DNA of 64,000 bases from Carcharhinus longimanus. Lineage: Eukaryota. The position numbers and the translations under genes are program-made. Of this stretch, positions 24,390 through 37,984 are shown piece by piece. The notes below the pieces were generated by a model, which saw nothing but the letters and a program-made list of their open reading frames with translations, was not told the DNA's origin and did not search any database. The stretch covers positions 10,945,896-11,009,895 of the forward strand of contig JASCQW010000119.1 of NCBI GenBank assembly GCA_030264375.1, in the 5' to 3' direction. Position 1 is the first letter of the stretch; each line of letters starts with the position of its first letter.

Positions 24390-27300
24390 AAAGATGGCAT
24401 GTTTCGTTCGCCAGCAGAAATTTGCCCAGCTGCTGCTGCATATACAAATATCCTGACAAAGACAAAGGGTTTTCATGGTTTGAAGAATTCCCTCTGCTAA
24501 ACCATTGCTGGATGGATTGCAGGATTCACAACTGATGTGCTGAAATTAATTGCATTCCAAAAATTTCCAAAACTCTTGCGAGAATAGTTATTGGCCCCTT
24601 GTCTGGTTAACTGCAATGCCAAATCGTTTTTATAGCCTTTTAATTGCACTTTCAGCTGTTATAGAGGACATAAGTAAGCTGCTGCCTATTTCGCATGAGC
24701 ATCCAGAAGCACCATGAAAATTATTACTTCAAATTGACCGGAAAATACGACGTGGATGCGCTGCCAAAGGTTTTCTGGTCAATCCCTTGAGTGAAGAAGC
24801 GACAGTTAAGGCATGCTCTCACATAAAAAGGACCGTCCAATGTCACGGATTTAATAATTTCGTCGACGCCAATCCTCTAAACGAAGCTGCTGGTGATCTC
24901 TTTCATGTGAACTGTTCCATGGCATGCTGAATGCAATGGGTGCAACAGTGGTTTCCTCAATGTTTACGCAATAATAACTCACGGAACTGAAAACAAACAT
25001 TGTCGAGTGACAAGCAACTTCATCGTCCACGTTACGTAAAGATGAATGTCAGCTGAGACATGAAAGTGTGGGCAAGAGATGTCAAGCCTGACAAATTCCA
25101 TAGCTTTGGTCAATGTTGGCTCCACCCGAGTGACCTTCTTGACATGGCATGAAAAGTTGGGTGTGTTATCCACTTGTGAAAAGTTGAGGGGGTGTCAATA
25201 AGTAGTGTATCTTTGAGTATGCTTTTTGCTTGCAGCAAAAAAAGTGATACCTGTGGTTGCGCCGAATATTGATTCGAGTGGTCAATCGTGAATCAGGATC
25301 GTGATGTTCCAGCCAACCTAGTACTGCTAAAATGTGTGGATACGAACATGATGAACATTCCCTCGTATTCTTTTTCAGCATTTGGATCGATGATTTTTTT
25401 TTAAGTTCAAAACGCGAACTCTATGCGCCTCTCCACGTCAGTGTGCATTACGTGTGAAACAGCGGCCCCAATTCCGTTAAATAAAGCATCGCATGCAATA
25501 GTAAAGAAAAAGAACGGTCAAAGTGTGTCACTGCCTCGTAATTCTTCTGTGCTGCTTTAGACTTCTTGAAAATATCATCACAATATTCTGCGTATTTCCA
25601 GACGTCCTTCAGGAGCACATGGACGGGTTCGCTGTCGTAGGAGAGTTGGCTGTTTTTCTGACATGATGAAGCAGACGTTATAGCCCTGACTTGGAATGTG
25701 ATTTGTGATTTCCAGGAGCATTAATGACGCACCATAATTGTTCAAAAGAAAGCTGCAAAAACTCACATTCGACATTGTAAATTCACGCGCGGTACATCTC
25801 TTGCATTTTCAAGGTAACACACTAGTTATTCAGGTGATCGTCTTCAGTATTATCAGTGTGTCATCAAGCTGGTCCTGAACACCAAGCAAGCGACTAGGGA
25901 TCTCGTAACGGGCCTTTGAAGAAAGGGTTGCAGCTGACATTAGTGCACAATGCAAGGAAAAATATCAGTACTGCCCTGTGTGCTTTGTTATACTAGCATG
26001 TTCTTATGAGTTCTCACGAACATGCATTTTTAAATAGGCCTGGCAAAGCTCTATTCTGCAAAGCTCCTGTCCATTCCAGACCATAAAACTAATCCATAAC
26101 TCCAGAAAGTGGATATTGTTCCTGACATGGGAAAGAGTTGAGAGGGTAACAATGAAATCCCCAGAGATGCGGATGGAGTATTGCTGCTTGCGTACTGGAA
26201 CGATGGCTGCGACCCATGAACTACGGGAGACATATTCAAAGATCAAGCGTTCCAGCTTAGCTTCAAAGTTTGGTCGAATTGTATATGGCATAGATCTGGA
26301 GTTCAGAAATTGTGAATGACAGTTAGATTTGATATTCAGTAATGCAGTCATTTCCATTATGCTTCCAAAATAGCCCTTGAACGCGACCACATTTTTATAA
26401 CAGCTGTCAGACCAGGTTTCTCAGCTACAATTATATATATTGCGTCGCAGTTTGACCGGATATTGTCAATACACGACGGTCCTACAAATGCTGTCCAGTT
26501 GCCTTTCACACAATCACAGGTGATTTGGCAGTCTGTCCATTTTTTTTTCAAATTATTTCTTACGTATCACATCTACAGGTTTCCATGCTTTCAGATCTAC
26601 TTTTGAGGGAGCCAGGAGAAGATTATTAAAATTTCCTTTATACACTGCATTTGGGACCAGAGAGACTGCTGCACCTGTTTGTAGTTCTCATCTGTTTGCG
26701 ATATAGGATGGAGTTGCAAAGCAGCCCTGTCAACTCACTGCCACTGTCAGTATGTGGCTGGGTGGATGCCTGGGCGCGGGACGGAGGGAGTTTGCCGGGG
26801 AGGGGGGGGGCGCAGGTAATATTCGGGTTCTATGTTTCTTTGTATGTGCGCGAACACTTAATATATACCTTCTTACAACAGTGACGCGAGTCAAGGCATC
26901 TTGCCGGCCTTTTAGCATTTCCAACTTCTCTAGTGCTTGTCATCTTGTGTGCATGCTCAACTGTCATGTTTGTGAATCCACTTGACGGCAATCTCCAATT
27001 TTCTGCAGAATGAAGTTGCTATCGGTCACTTGTGTATCCAGTAGGGAAGTCCGAGATCAACTATCACGGGGTTATATCGGTTAATACTTGATTGCATTCA
27101 CAATGTTCAGTGAGCTTCTTGCCTATTGAAACAGTGCAGTAGAATCCTTTCTCTATTTTCTGGATTTGTTTTATGCCTCCGAGGCTTTTACAATGTCCTC
27201 ATATGATTTCGTGCGACGCTTTTCAGCCAGCAGCAAAATTTGCAAAATTAATTCACACTTAAGAAGGTTGCCACATTTTCATCAATTACAATTCTAACAA

Positions 27301-28200
27301 CAGTCAATGCAAAAACTCGGCATCGCAACCGTATCTCAAACTATTTCATCGGGCCGCACAGTCTGGACACTTTTGTCTTTCTTTTCTCTCTGTCAGTAGT
27401 AATTCCGTTTTATTTGTCTTGTTGACTTAATTATATTGCCTTTTTAAGACTTTCCCCTTTGTTTTTCTTCACTCAGATGCCTCTGCTGTTCTCGTCTGAT
27501 TCCTTTTTTTCCCTCATTCTTTGTCAGGGAGACGCCCAGTTGTGGCTGTGCTTCTTTTTCTCGACCTCTGACATTGTGGAACCTATTGCATTATTTCTAT
27601 GTTTTGTTTTTGTACATGGGGGCTCTTCACAGCCCCTCAGTTTTCACTGATTTCCCACACCTTTCCTCGCACTCTAGTTATTTAGCTTAGAGCTGCTTTG
27701 ATTCCTAGCAGTGTTTTCACTCGTGATTTAATTTAACGGTTAACTTTTACAAATGTTACTTTTAATGCTCCATTGTTTTGTTTTACTTAAATGAGCAGAT
27801 TTGCTGATGATCTTCTTTAAAGATCAGCAATATAGCTGCAATTCTTCACATTTTCAATTATATTGTACAGGTTTAATTTGTTGCATAAACTTCAGGCCCC
27901 ACAATTAGCTGCTGCCTTTTCCTGCCGGTTAAGACTTACGTGTGGGTCAGGTGGAAATGAAAGATTCCTCACTTTCGTTTCAATGATCAGTGGCATTAAG
28001 AAAATGTCTGTCGTTCTGTTCTCCAGTGTGTACTGTTTTTGGTCCTGGTACACTTCAACATCATTCAGTACAGAAGTAGATAGCAGAGGTGATCAACATC
28101 ACAGATAGTGTTTTCTTCTCTATTGTTTCAACTGAGGAGAATGCCTAGTGTACAGTGAACAGCATTGACACAGTCACATGGGAAAGTGCCAAGCCCCAGG
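24390..28200 (-). mobile_element. Degenerate Ty3/Gypsy retrotransposon (gag-PR-RT-IN)
   Basis: RT PYTIRPNFEAKLERL..SSWVAAIVPVRK..IRISGDF..LCQAYLKM (26004-26390); integrase NPSSNGLAE near 24500; outer boundaries approximate. Confidence 0.8.
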
Positions 28201-28216
28201 GCACGGAGTTTGGAGA

Positions 28217-29050
28217 TTAGTTTCGTAGGAATAATGATGTTGAAGGTGGATCTGCAGTCAATAAATATGAATCTGACATAGATATCGTTATTGCCTTAGT
28301 ATTCCAGAGTTGAGTGTACGGGCCAGTGAAATGGTGTGTGTGCGCTGCAGACAGTGGCAGGCGAACAGTAGCGGATCCAGGAAATCTGGAAGGCCGGCAT
28401 TCATTCGTTCCATTTTGAAGCGCTTCATAATGATGAATGACGGAGCCATAGGATGTCACGCTGCTTGCAAGCTGCTTGTTTGTTTTTTTCTTTCTTTTGT
28501 GCCGGGATGATGGTCTTTTTTCTTGAAGCGGATAGTGACCTCAGATTTATTTAAGTAGAGGATAAAGATGCCTGCAGCTGACCCACGCATGACCTGAGTG
28601 CGCATCTGGGTACCCCCATCTAGGCCTGTCTTGTTTCTTGGGTTGACTTTTGAGAACACTTCTCTGGCGTCTGCGATGGTGACCTCTAATACAGTTTCAT
28701 CCGGTGCTCTCGGGGTTGAGGGCGCGGTCACACTGACCTCTTGCTTCAAATGGCATGGAATGCGTTGAGCTCATCCGGGAGGGATGTGTTGGTGCCGGGG
28801 ATTTCACGTGCCTTACTCGTGTAGACTGTTATGTCTTGCAAACCGTGACATAGGAGGTTACAGCCCATGGGGCTAGCCTGGGACTCCCAATTGTCCGGAT
28901 ATTTTTTTTGGCATGTCTGATGGATCTCTTTAGATCATATATGGATTTCGTGTTTAGGTTAGAGTAGCTTGACCGGGACGCCTCAGACTGGACTGCAGAA
29001 AGCAATGGCTATCCCTGATCATTGATGGTTTCTGGTCCGGAAACAAAGGC
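28217..29050 (-). mobile_element. Rex1/Babar LINE RT fragment
   Basis: VTIADAREVFSKVNPRNKTGLDG ... SEVTIRFKK. Confidence 0.85.
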
Positions 29051-29289
29051 TTCTTTGATCTGCAGGAGTTGACTTTTGACTTTACACTACAGGGGCTAAA
29101 TCATGTCAATCATGCTTCAATATGAGCAAAATACATTGCGAGGGCCCAAGGTCGTGAGATAGGTGAACCAACTGTGAACAAGGTCACAATTCCTGAACTT
29201 GCACCCAAGGTATGCGCCATGCTATGTTGTGGAGTATTGCACTTAATTCTTTCACTTTATAAACCATGGAACATTTAATTACCATGGAA

Positions 29290-29640
29290 AGGCCATAGTA
29301 TAGAGGGAGACAATTCGGCCCATTGGCTCTGTACCTACTCCGTCAACAAGCACTTGACCAGTGCCCACAACCAGCCACCTCTCCTCCTTAGGGTCCTAGC
29401 TTTAAACCTGCAGATTCGCCGTGGCTAATCCACCTAACGTTCATATCTTTCGATTGTCGGGGAAATTTCTCATCACCAATGCAGCTAACCTGCAGATTTC
29501 AAGACTATGGGAGGAATCTAGACAACTGGCAAGAAACCCAAGCAGACACGGGCACATGTGTAAACTCCACACAGACAACAACACAAGTTTGGATTCAAAC
29601 ACGGGCTCCTGATTCGGTGAAGCATCCCACTATGCCATGC
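29290..29640 (-). mobile_element. Degenerate HE1 SINE
   Basis: gtggctaatccacctaac; gtaaactccacacagac. Confidence 0.75.
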
Positions 29641-30035
29641 AGTCATTGGCATAATTAAGATCATTAGAGGTCATTAGAGATCAATAGTTTACTTCAATCA
29701 GGCTTGAATAAGGTATAGAATGAAATCAAATTTGCTGCATCCACATTGGGTGTATCCAACAAATACTGCATTCCAGCAATTATGTTACCTATAGCTATGC
29801 TTTTGTACATAGCTCTGTAAGTTGTTACGGGTATTAGTTCAGATTCCATTTTCCACTCGCAGAAAACTGCACTAAATAGATGGGCTATATCCAATACGAG
29901 GAAGAAATTATTGTAATGCCAAATCATCTTTAAAAGCAAACATTTTAATTATTTCTCGAATTGTTACTAATTAAATGATAAGTACAATCAACAATGTCCG
30001 TTTATGTAGCAACTTCCGTGTAATTTTCATCCTAG

Positions 30036-30400
30036 GGTTCATATTAGTGTACTCGAACCTTGCACAGACTGACAGCGATGACAATTCTTCAGATCGAAAA
30101 ACATTAACATTCCTCTTAATTTAGAGTAGTATGAAAGCAGACTGCCCATAATAAAGAATACTACATCCCTCTCAAAGGAAGTAGAGCTAAGCCTGATGAT
30201 GAGTGAGTATGCAAAAGGCATAAAACTATTTCAAATTCCTGCTATTACCAATATCTGACATCTTTTTTACTTACTGTTTTTTTTTCATCACCGTTTTGCC
30301 CAATACCAGCAAAACAGTTTTCTGTTGTATGTTCTGTTCATACGTACTATCAGACCGTCCTCCCACAGTTAGCAGTGGCGTTGCAGCTGAGTATTCTGAT
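30036..30400 (+). pseudogene. Degenerate BTN-type IgV exon
   Basis: catcctag acceptor; LMMSEYAKGIKLF resembles QMxEYRGRTxL; ends VALQL. Confidence 0.4.
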
Positions 30401-30860
30401 TAAATGCAATTGGTCTCCTAACTTTTTCGAATAGTATCCCTATATATTGACGATCTCAATCATCAAGTTCAATGAGACAAAATAGCGAAAATGAGGTTGC
30501 AGCAATGTAGCGCAGAGAGTGCCATTCAACTCAAGTATCTTTGAAACTAATGAATGTTGGACAAGATGCATGAAGGCAACTAAATATATATCTATATGGT
30601 TGTGCAAAATATTCACTTAGACATTGCAAGCAAAAGCATACAAAAAATCTGGAGATTAAATTTTTTCCATCCAAATGTGGGAAAAGGAGGAAATCACCAC
30701 TCTGATTTCACCTGTGTCATACTGCAATGTTCTCCATGAAATATTGTGTGCACTTTGCCCAGTGTATCATATTTGATGAAGTGCTTTTACTTTATGGGAT
30801 AAAGGTCTGCGGATCAAACATCGCATTATTAGCATCATCCCGAATTTAAAAAAAAAACAG

Positions 30861-31110
30861 CTCTTACACATTAAATCAAGCTCACTGCCACAAGAATAGG
30901 GAGGATGCCTGAGAAATAGATATCACCCGGTCTGGTGAGATCGATTCGGTCGTTGGATTCAATCTACTGAGCTGACGGCAACAGGACAACTCATGGTCCT
31001 CTTTGCACGAATATGGATCCCCAACACCATCTGGCGTCGTCCCAGGACACGGTATGACGGTATGTTTCGTAGAGTTTTCACTGGATTTTGTCTTGAATAT
31101 TGTTTTTTTT
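30861..31110 (+). pseudogene. Degenerate BTN/B7-type IgC exon
   Basis: CL..YHPVW*DRFG ... QQD ... TVCFV. Confidence 0.4.
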
Positions 31111-31542
31111 CATGTGTCTTCTTCCTTCTTCGAATGTTCGCTGATTTGCAACCAATGGCGTGACAGGGCCGGGGGTCACAACACCCAATGACGGTATGTC
31201 AGGTCAGCCCCGTTGCGCATTTTTTTTTAAAGCAGAGTCTACTCAACCTATGGAATGCACACTTATATTGCCTTCCGCTTGAATACTTCCTGACGAGTTT
31301 CGGTTTTTAACGATTGTTCCATTGTAAATTATGAACCTTTCTGCTTAATATATAAGAGATCTGTGTTCTGGTTTTGGGTCATGCTGGTTTCCCTACTATG
31401 CGTGTAATATTCGCCTGTGCGATATGCGAGACAGGTCTGGTATGGTTCTCTGTTGGCTTTTCATCTGTGATACCGCAGTATCAGCAAATGTTAGCTATAT
31501 TAATTTAAAATATCCTGTTCTATTTTCGGTGTGATTTCTTAG

Positions 31543-31687
31543 GCCTTGCCCAGTTGAACATATTATGCACTACAAGTAGTTCTGCACATCATGCAATGTG
31601 TGTTTTTTTTGCATCTTCGCTGGAGTTGAATGTATCAGTTATAACTATTTGCTGGCGTTGAATGGTGAAGATTTTATCAGTTATATG
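31543..31687 (+). pseudogene. TM-like exon remnant
   Basis: ttcttag / gtaagt boundaries; hydrophobic, frameshifted. Confidence 0.3.
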
Positions 31688-33126
31688 GTAAGTACTTTTA
31701 TGTATTGCCAAGGAGAGGATAGTTGAGCGCAGCTGCTGATTTGGAGAGCCAATGAGGTAACATCCATACTTGAAGTATACATACTGAGATTCCAGTGAAT
31801 GAAGGTTTATTTTCTGCTGAAGTGTTTATCAACAAGCATTTGGGGATTTTGTGCAATCAAAAGCATGCTCGTCGCTGTTGGACATTAATAAAATGTGTTA
31901 CACAGTCCAAGTATTTCCAGAATTAAACAATCTCGTTTGTACCTAGTGTAAATTCAGTTCAGTAAATAAATCTGCTATTGTTGCCCATACATTTGTCAGC
32001 ACTCCAAAGCTCTATCATGATAATTCATCTTTGGTATGGCAACACCATAAATATCACTGCTGAATAATTTAATTGCCTGATATTATCACGCCTGAAATTA
32101 ATATGAATTAAGCATTGTTGGAACATAATCGAATGGTGGCCTGAATTGGGGAGATACCAGCACGCACAGTGTCAATTTCCCTAGAAATAGAGAGCATAAT
32201 TTATGTAAATCTTTCGTCCGCTTAAACAAACGCATCACTTAATCGAAGTATGCTCCAGTCTCCTAACCACAACAGATCTTTTTTAATCAACCAAACACAG
32301 ACAGAACTGGACGGCTGCAAGACACAACCAGTTATTCACTTTTGATTTGCGTAGGAAGAATTGTGTTAGCAATATTTCAAAATTTAAGAACACCAGGAGT
32401 ACAATGAAAGTGATCCGGCTCCATTTAACACGTGTCACTTCATTCATTACTGTATTGACACAGCTGCCGAGAAAGATGGATAAAATTCCTAACATCACGT
32501 CATGATTTTATATGAAGCTTCCATCAACTTGAGCCCCCAGGCTCGAACCAGCGTACGGATCAGGTCCTCCGATTGCACCTTGATTTATTTTTTAACTTTT
32601 AACTATTAACTACCCTACATCAAAACGAAAAACAAACTATCTAACACTCAATCCCATTAAATCAGATTGAATAAGGCATTCTTGTAATGAACCTTTCATT
32701 ATCTATGGCATGGCAACCAAAAATTATTCTGCATAACAGTTGTAGATCGTCCTGCAAGGTCTTGTGACTCCTGACATAGAGCAAGGCACTCTTGCATTAT
32801 TTGCTGAACGCAAGACAACTTAACTTCCTAGTCTTAAATTCCACGAGTAATTCAAAGTACAACTTCAATAACCTCCATGAATGTTGTTTTTGTTTTTCAT
32901 CAATCGTTCATAATCGTTTCCATCCCTATATTGGTACTTACCTCCGCATCTGTGCGGACTAATGGCTTTGTGTGTTAAAATAAAACAAATCAAACAAAAA
33001 AAAAGTGTAGATATTCTACTGCATTGTGTAAACCTCTATGTTTTACATACGCATTATTTAGCTGTTGCTGGGATGGATATACCTCCTACAAGGTCAGCAG
33101 TTAATTAGCATTTTTTTAAAATTAAG

Positions 33127-33162
33127 AAACGGACCATCTGAAAGGTGCTCTCCAGCTTGCAG
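33127..33162 (+). CDS. 36-nt phase 1-1 microexon (E)TDHLKGALQLA, family C
   Basis: attaag|...|gtgagt. Confidence 0.7.
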
Positions 33163-33190
33163 GTGAGTGTGATTCGGAAGTAGGTTGCCA

Positions 33191-33620
33191 ATGGTTTTCT
33201 TCTGCTCTTGCTTATGCATCACTTATTCTCCTCATCGCACTGAGGTATTTCATTTATTTTATCTCGTTTCTGTTTTATCCGCCATTTATAGGCGATAGGC
33301 TATCCATGTCTGATGCTTACTCCATTAGCAGCTCGATTGATGTCATAAACCAAGTGGCAAGACTGGTTTGGGCAACAATTGTTGAAAAGCAGTTCAGAGA
33401 AAAATGGAGTCAAGCGTATACAGTTTCAAGAAAGGAGTGCCTCAGACCAATCAACTCATATGTATTTTCACTGTAATTACCCAATATGGCCCCAAAGGAG
33501 GTTGAATTCTAGCGACCAATTTCTCACATTCAATGTTTCCGACGTAATTCATAACTCATTTATACAGCTGTGGGGTATCACCATCCAATTGTTAAATTCT
33601 CCCTGACATATAGAGTCGGC
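33191..33620 (+). pseudogene. Leader remnant (33191-33244) plus IgV-like exon (from 33292)
   Basis: ATG..FLLLLLMHHLF with phase-1 donor; IgV EKWSQ, TNFS, LYSCGV. Confidence 0.4.
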
Positions 33621-33859
33621 ATAAATTTGATTGAATAGTTGCTCAGTAGACATTTTTCAGACGTAGAATAGAACATTCAGCAGGTGACGTCGATGCAGTT
33701 TCTACAAATTAAATTCACCAACGCCATCTCTATCACCTTAATGCCTTGCTCCGACAACAGGTCTTCCCGAAGACAATTGTTCTTTTTTTCCATCATAAAA
33801 ACTAGGATTGACGTCAACACCCTAAATATTCTCGACGTGGAGATTCCGACCTTGCACTG

Positions 33860-34065
33860 AAGTGGGTGGAATAAGAGGTCTCATAACACAAGGTTAAAGT
33901 CCAACAGGTTCATTCGGTATCAGGAGCTTTGAGAACGCTGTTCCTTCATCGGGTGAGTCATTGGGTAAATCATCTTAATCATCTGATGAAGGAGCAACAC
34001 TCCAAATGTTCGTCATTCCAAAGAACCCGTTGGCTTTAAACTGGTGCTGTCAGGTGGTTTACTAA
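33860..34065. mobile_element. Penelope-like terminal repeats in inverted orientation
   Basis: ggttaaagtccaacagg...ccttcatcgggtga / ctgatgaagga...gttggctttaaactgg. Confidence 0.65.
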
Positions 34066-34179
34066 ATATTATCAGCAGATGGTATTCACATTTTATGCAT
34101 CAGTGGAGGCAAAGTATCTTCCATTCAAGTTGACTTCGATTGTGTTTTTGCAAATCAATTTAACATTTCTTGTCAACAG

Positions 34180-34206
34180 AACAGAATCTGTGGAGGAAAG
34201 AGAAAG
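34180..34206 (+). CDS. 27-nt phase 1-1 microexon (E)QNLWRKEK, family A
   Basis: tcttgtcaacag|...|gtatgt. Confidence 0.7.
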
Positions 34207-34339
34207 GTATGTTTCAACCATATATTCTTTCTGAAATGCAGCATTTTTGTCAATGCGCTATTCTGTCAAAACCACATCATTGTGTCAAAATTGAAGCCGG
34301 AAACATTTTATTCATGGGCATGTTGAGGAGCAGCTGACA

Positions 34340-34630
34340 TGGTATTATTCTAAGACAGAAGGCATGAGGTTTAGCAGCGTGTTGAAAAAAGGAACATTTT
34401 AAATTCAGGGAATGCAGTTATCTGGACTGCACTGCCTCTGAATGTAGTGGAGGCTTGAAACCTTACAATATTTAAATAAAAACTATATTTTGATGAGCAC
34501 TTGAAATATCATAACATACAAAGATATGGGTCAAATGCAGTAAACGAGCATGAGCACGCCTTTCGTGGGCAGATATTATCGGTGCCGCCTCGACGAGCCA
34601 ATTAGCCGTTTCTGTGGCTATATGACTCTC
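34340..34630 (+). mobile_element. CR1 3' end fragment
   Basis: IWTALPLNVVEA; 3' tail. Confidence 0.7.
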
Positions 34631-34861
34631 TTGGAGCTACACAGTTGGAACTTTTTTTCAGGAAACCAAAACCGTCTGCTGGCAAGGAAAAAGCGACACA
34701 CAATGTCTTAATTTGAGCCATTACAGTGCTGTATTGCATTGGCGTTATTCACTTGCCACATATTATTCAATGCAATTCTATAGGAAATAGCAGCACAATC
34801 GATAGCACAATTTGAGTTCCTGCTGCGTCAGAAATTTGGTGTTATGAAACAAATGCCGCAG

Positions 34862-35180
34862 GTTTGAATAATAAACAGCTTTATGGCACTTCAACGCAGT
34901 ACCAAGAGCGCAATGTAATTTGAGTGTTGGCGTTTGTTTCAGGTGTGCTGCTACGTGTAAGCACGATTTGTTGTTCAGTTGAAGTAGTACATTGTATAAG
35001 AGGAGGGAGCTTATGGCGCCCATCTCAGACAGCTTTCACCCTATCACCAGACAAAATCAGAAAATGTCAGTGGTGTGTTGGATTCGGAGGTCAGCGGGAT
35101 GAACACATCTGCCAGCATTCAGTAGAAAGCGAAATATGGCAATGAATATTATTGAGAACATGATGAGCAGATGTCATAAC
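34862..35180 (+). pseudogene. Degenerate IgV-like exon
   Basis: EVVHCIRGG, ENVSGVL, RDEHIC. Confidence 0.3.
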
Positions 35181-35698
35181 AAGTTAATAGCAAAATAAGT
35201 GATAGCACTCTCCGAAAACAAAACAAAGGGACAAGTCAGAATGACGCTCTTGGGGATAACAAGTGCCTAATGGCCTTAACAATGAATTCAATGGTTTCAG
35301 AAAATTAACTCCGTTTGTAACACTTTGTCTTAAATATACTTCCGGCCACTTCAGGTCTGAAAATAATCATGGGGAATCCAAGCATTAAGAATATTTCTAG
35401 CTGCTTAAATGCTGTGAAAGTTGTTCAGTTTTCTGTCGTTATTTTCCGTGTTTCAGAATTCTAGCATTTACTATATTTTATGTTATTGTTGTCAATAGAT
35501 ACAACATTCATTTTAGCGTGGGGCTTCTCCTGACAAATTGACTGGCCCACTACCAAAATATCAATTGTTCAAAATGCTACTGCAATTCAGAATAAAGCTT
35601 GTTGCTGATTCGAGCAAATGTAAAATAAATCTTACATTTTTGACTAGGAGATCGAACTGATAGACCTAATGCAGTCGTTGATTCCCGAATCTCCCTAG

Positions 35699-35734
35699 AG
35701 CTGGAGAATGCAATTGGAGCTTTAAAAAGTTCAG
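35699..35734 (+). CDS. 36-nt phase 1-1 microexon (E)LENAIGALKSS, family C
   Basis: ctccctag|...|gtgagt; an alternative in-frame acceptor at 35648 gives 87 nt. Confidence 0.7.
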
Positions 35735-35844
35735 GTGAGTGCAGAATCTTTGTAGCATTTGAGTCTTTCTCTGAGTATTCCGATGTTATTGTCACAGAAT
35801 ATATTACTGTTTATCACAATTTACTGTACCTTTGATGGAAATTA

Positions 35845-36090
35845 ATTCAACAACAAGTTGGAGATTCCCCTCCAAGTCACTCACCCAAGCTGACTTGAAA
35901 ATATATCACCTGTGCTTGACCGTCGCTGTGTCAAAATCCTAGAACTTCTTCCCTGGCTGCACGGTGGACATACCTACAGCTCAGGGATTACAACGGTTGA
36001 AGAAGGCTGCTACCACTACGAAATACAACGTGACATGGATAACAAATGATGGTCTAGCCTCCAAAATCCACATCCCATGAATGATTCTGT
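35845..36090 (+). mobile_element. LINE (CR1/L2 group) 3' end
   Basis: gtcaaaatcctagaac ... ccacatcccatgaatga; same family at 11050 and 13380 (minus), probably also the RT at 50850. Confidence 0.65.
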
Positions 36091-36489
36091 AAAAATTGAC
36101 CTAATATTTCTAGAAGTATATTTTGAAGCATGCTGTCACTTTTGTATTTCATTCATTATCTTCATAATGTCTTAAGACTCACCAGTTGATTTCTCAGTTA
36201 TGAAATTCCAGGAAGCTTACAAGTCTCTCGCGTCTTTTCTAATATCCTTGAATATGTGGTGTTGTGTGGGTTTCTGAGACAAATAAAATCAGATTTGCTT
36301 CAACAGAATAGCCTGGAAAGCACAAACACAGGGGAGTTCAGTGACAGCTGGCTTACTGTTGGAATGGAGTGGCACAAAACGTGCCACATATGCAGAACAT
36401 TAATTAAGGGGGCCACATGTTGATTATCACATCAAATGCCATACTGCACATGCAATATTCAAAGTTCATTAATAGACATCATATTGGTA

Positions 36490-37510
36490 AAAAGGTGGAT
36501 AGCAAAAGTTTCTAAAAATATACAGACAGCAAAAGCTTCTACAAAGTGATAAGACGAAAAAGGGTGGGTAAAATAAACATTCGTCTTTCGAGGATCAGAA
36601 GGGGGATGTAAAAACTGGAAATGAGAAAATGGTTGAGGCATTGAATAGGTATTTTGTGTCGGTCTTCACAGTGGCAGACACAAATAACATGCCTAAAATT
36701 GATGACAGGAAGGCTATGGCAGGTGAGGACTTAGAAACTATCATTGTCANNNNNNNNNNNNNNNNNNNNNNNNNNNNNNNNNNNNNNNNNNNNNNNNNNN
36801 NNNNNNNNNNNNNNNNNNNNNNNNNNNNNNNNNNNNNNNNNNNNNNNNNNNNNNNNNNNNNNNNNNNNNNNNNNNNNNNNNNNNNNNNNNNNNNNNNNNN
36901 NNNNNNNNNNNNNNNNNNNNNNNNNNNNNNNNNNNNNNNNNNNNNNNNNNNNNNNNNNNNNNNNNNNNNNNNNNNNNNNNNNNNNNNNNNNNNNNNNNNN
37001 NNNNNNNNNNNNNNNNNNNNNNNNNNNNNNNNNNNNNNNNNNNNNNNNNNNNNNNNNNNNNNNNNNNNNNNNNNNNNNNNNNNNNNNNNNNNNNNNNNNN
37101 NNNNNNNNNNNNNNNNNNNNNNNNNNNNNNNNNNNNNNNNNNNNNNNNNNNNNNNNNNNNNNNNNNNNNNNNNNNNNNNNNNNNNNNNNNNNNNNNNNNN
37201 NNNNNNNNNNNNNNNNNNNNNNNNNNNNNNNNNNNNNNNNNNNNNNNNNNNNNNNNNNNNNNNNNNNNNNNNNNNNNNNNNNNNNNNNNNNNNNNNNNNN
37301 NNNNNNNNNNNNNNNNNNNNNNNNNNNNNNNNNNNNNNNNNNNNNNNNNNNNNNNNNNNNNNNNNNNNNNNNNNNNNNNNNNNNNNNNNNNNNNNNNNNN
37401 NNNNNNNNNNNNNNNNNNNNNNNNNNNNNNNNNGTGTTGATGTGTTCGGCGCAACTCGTGGGCCGAAGGGCCTGTTTGTGCTGTAGTGTTCTATGTTCTA
37501 TGTTCTAATA
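36490..37510 (+). mobile_element. CR1 LINE spanning a gap
   Basis: MVEALNRYFVSVFT; (ttctatg)n tail. Confidence 0.85.
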
Positions 37511-37579
37511 AGGTTTGTGAGGTACAACCTTCCTTTCACAAAACCGTGTTGACTATCCCTAAACAAATTATCCCTTTCT

Positions 37580-37920
37580 GGACGATTATAAATCCAATTT
37601 CTCATAATCCTTTCCATTTGGGGCTGGTCCCCCTCCCCCGAAAACATGACCCGAGACATCACGGACCCCGGCACCTAGGAGGCAACACACCAGCAGCGAG
37701 TCTCTCTCGTTCCCACGGAGTCTCCTATCTGTCCCCCTAACTGTGGAGTCCCCAATGACTAATGCTTTACTCCTCTCCCCCCGCACTTCCCTTCTGAGCA
37801 ACAGGGGCAGACTCTGTGCCAGAGGCCTGCACCCCATGGCTTACCCCTGGTAAATCATCCTCCCCAACAGTATCCAAAGTGGTATACTTGTTATACAGAG
37901 GAACGGCCACCGAGGAAACT
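37580..37920 (-). mobile_element. CR1 ORF1 fragment
   Basis: ALVIGDSTVRGTDRR..VCCLLGAGVRDV. Confidence 0.85.
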
Positions 37921-37984
37921 GTGGGCCAGCAGTTTTAACCACTGCGCCACCGTACTGCCAATCCTGGGCAGTCTGCTGAGCCAG

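Noticed and set aside
36629-37508. Long ORFs of 235-285 aa
   Set aside because: Artefacts of the N gap (36750-37433) inside a CR1 element.
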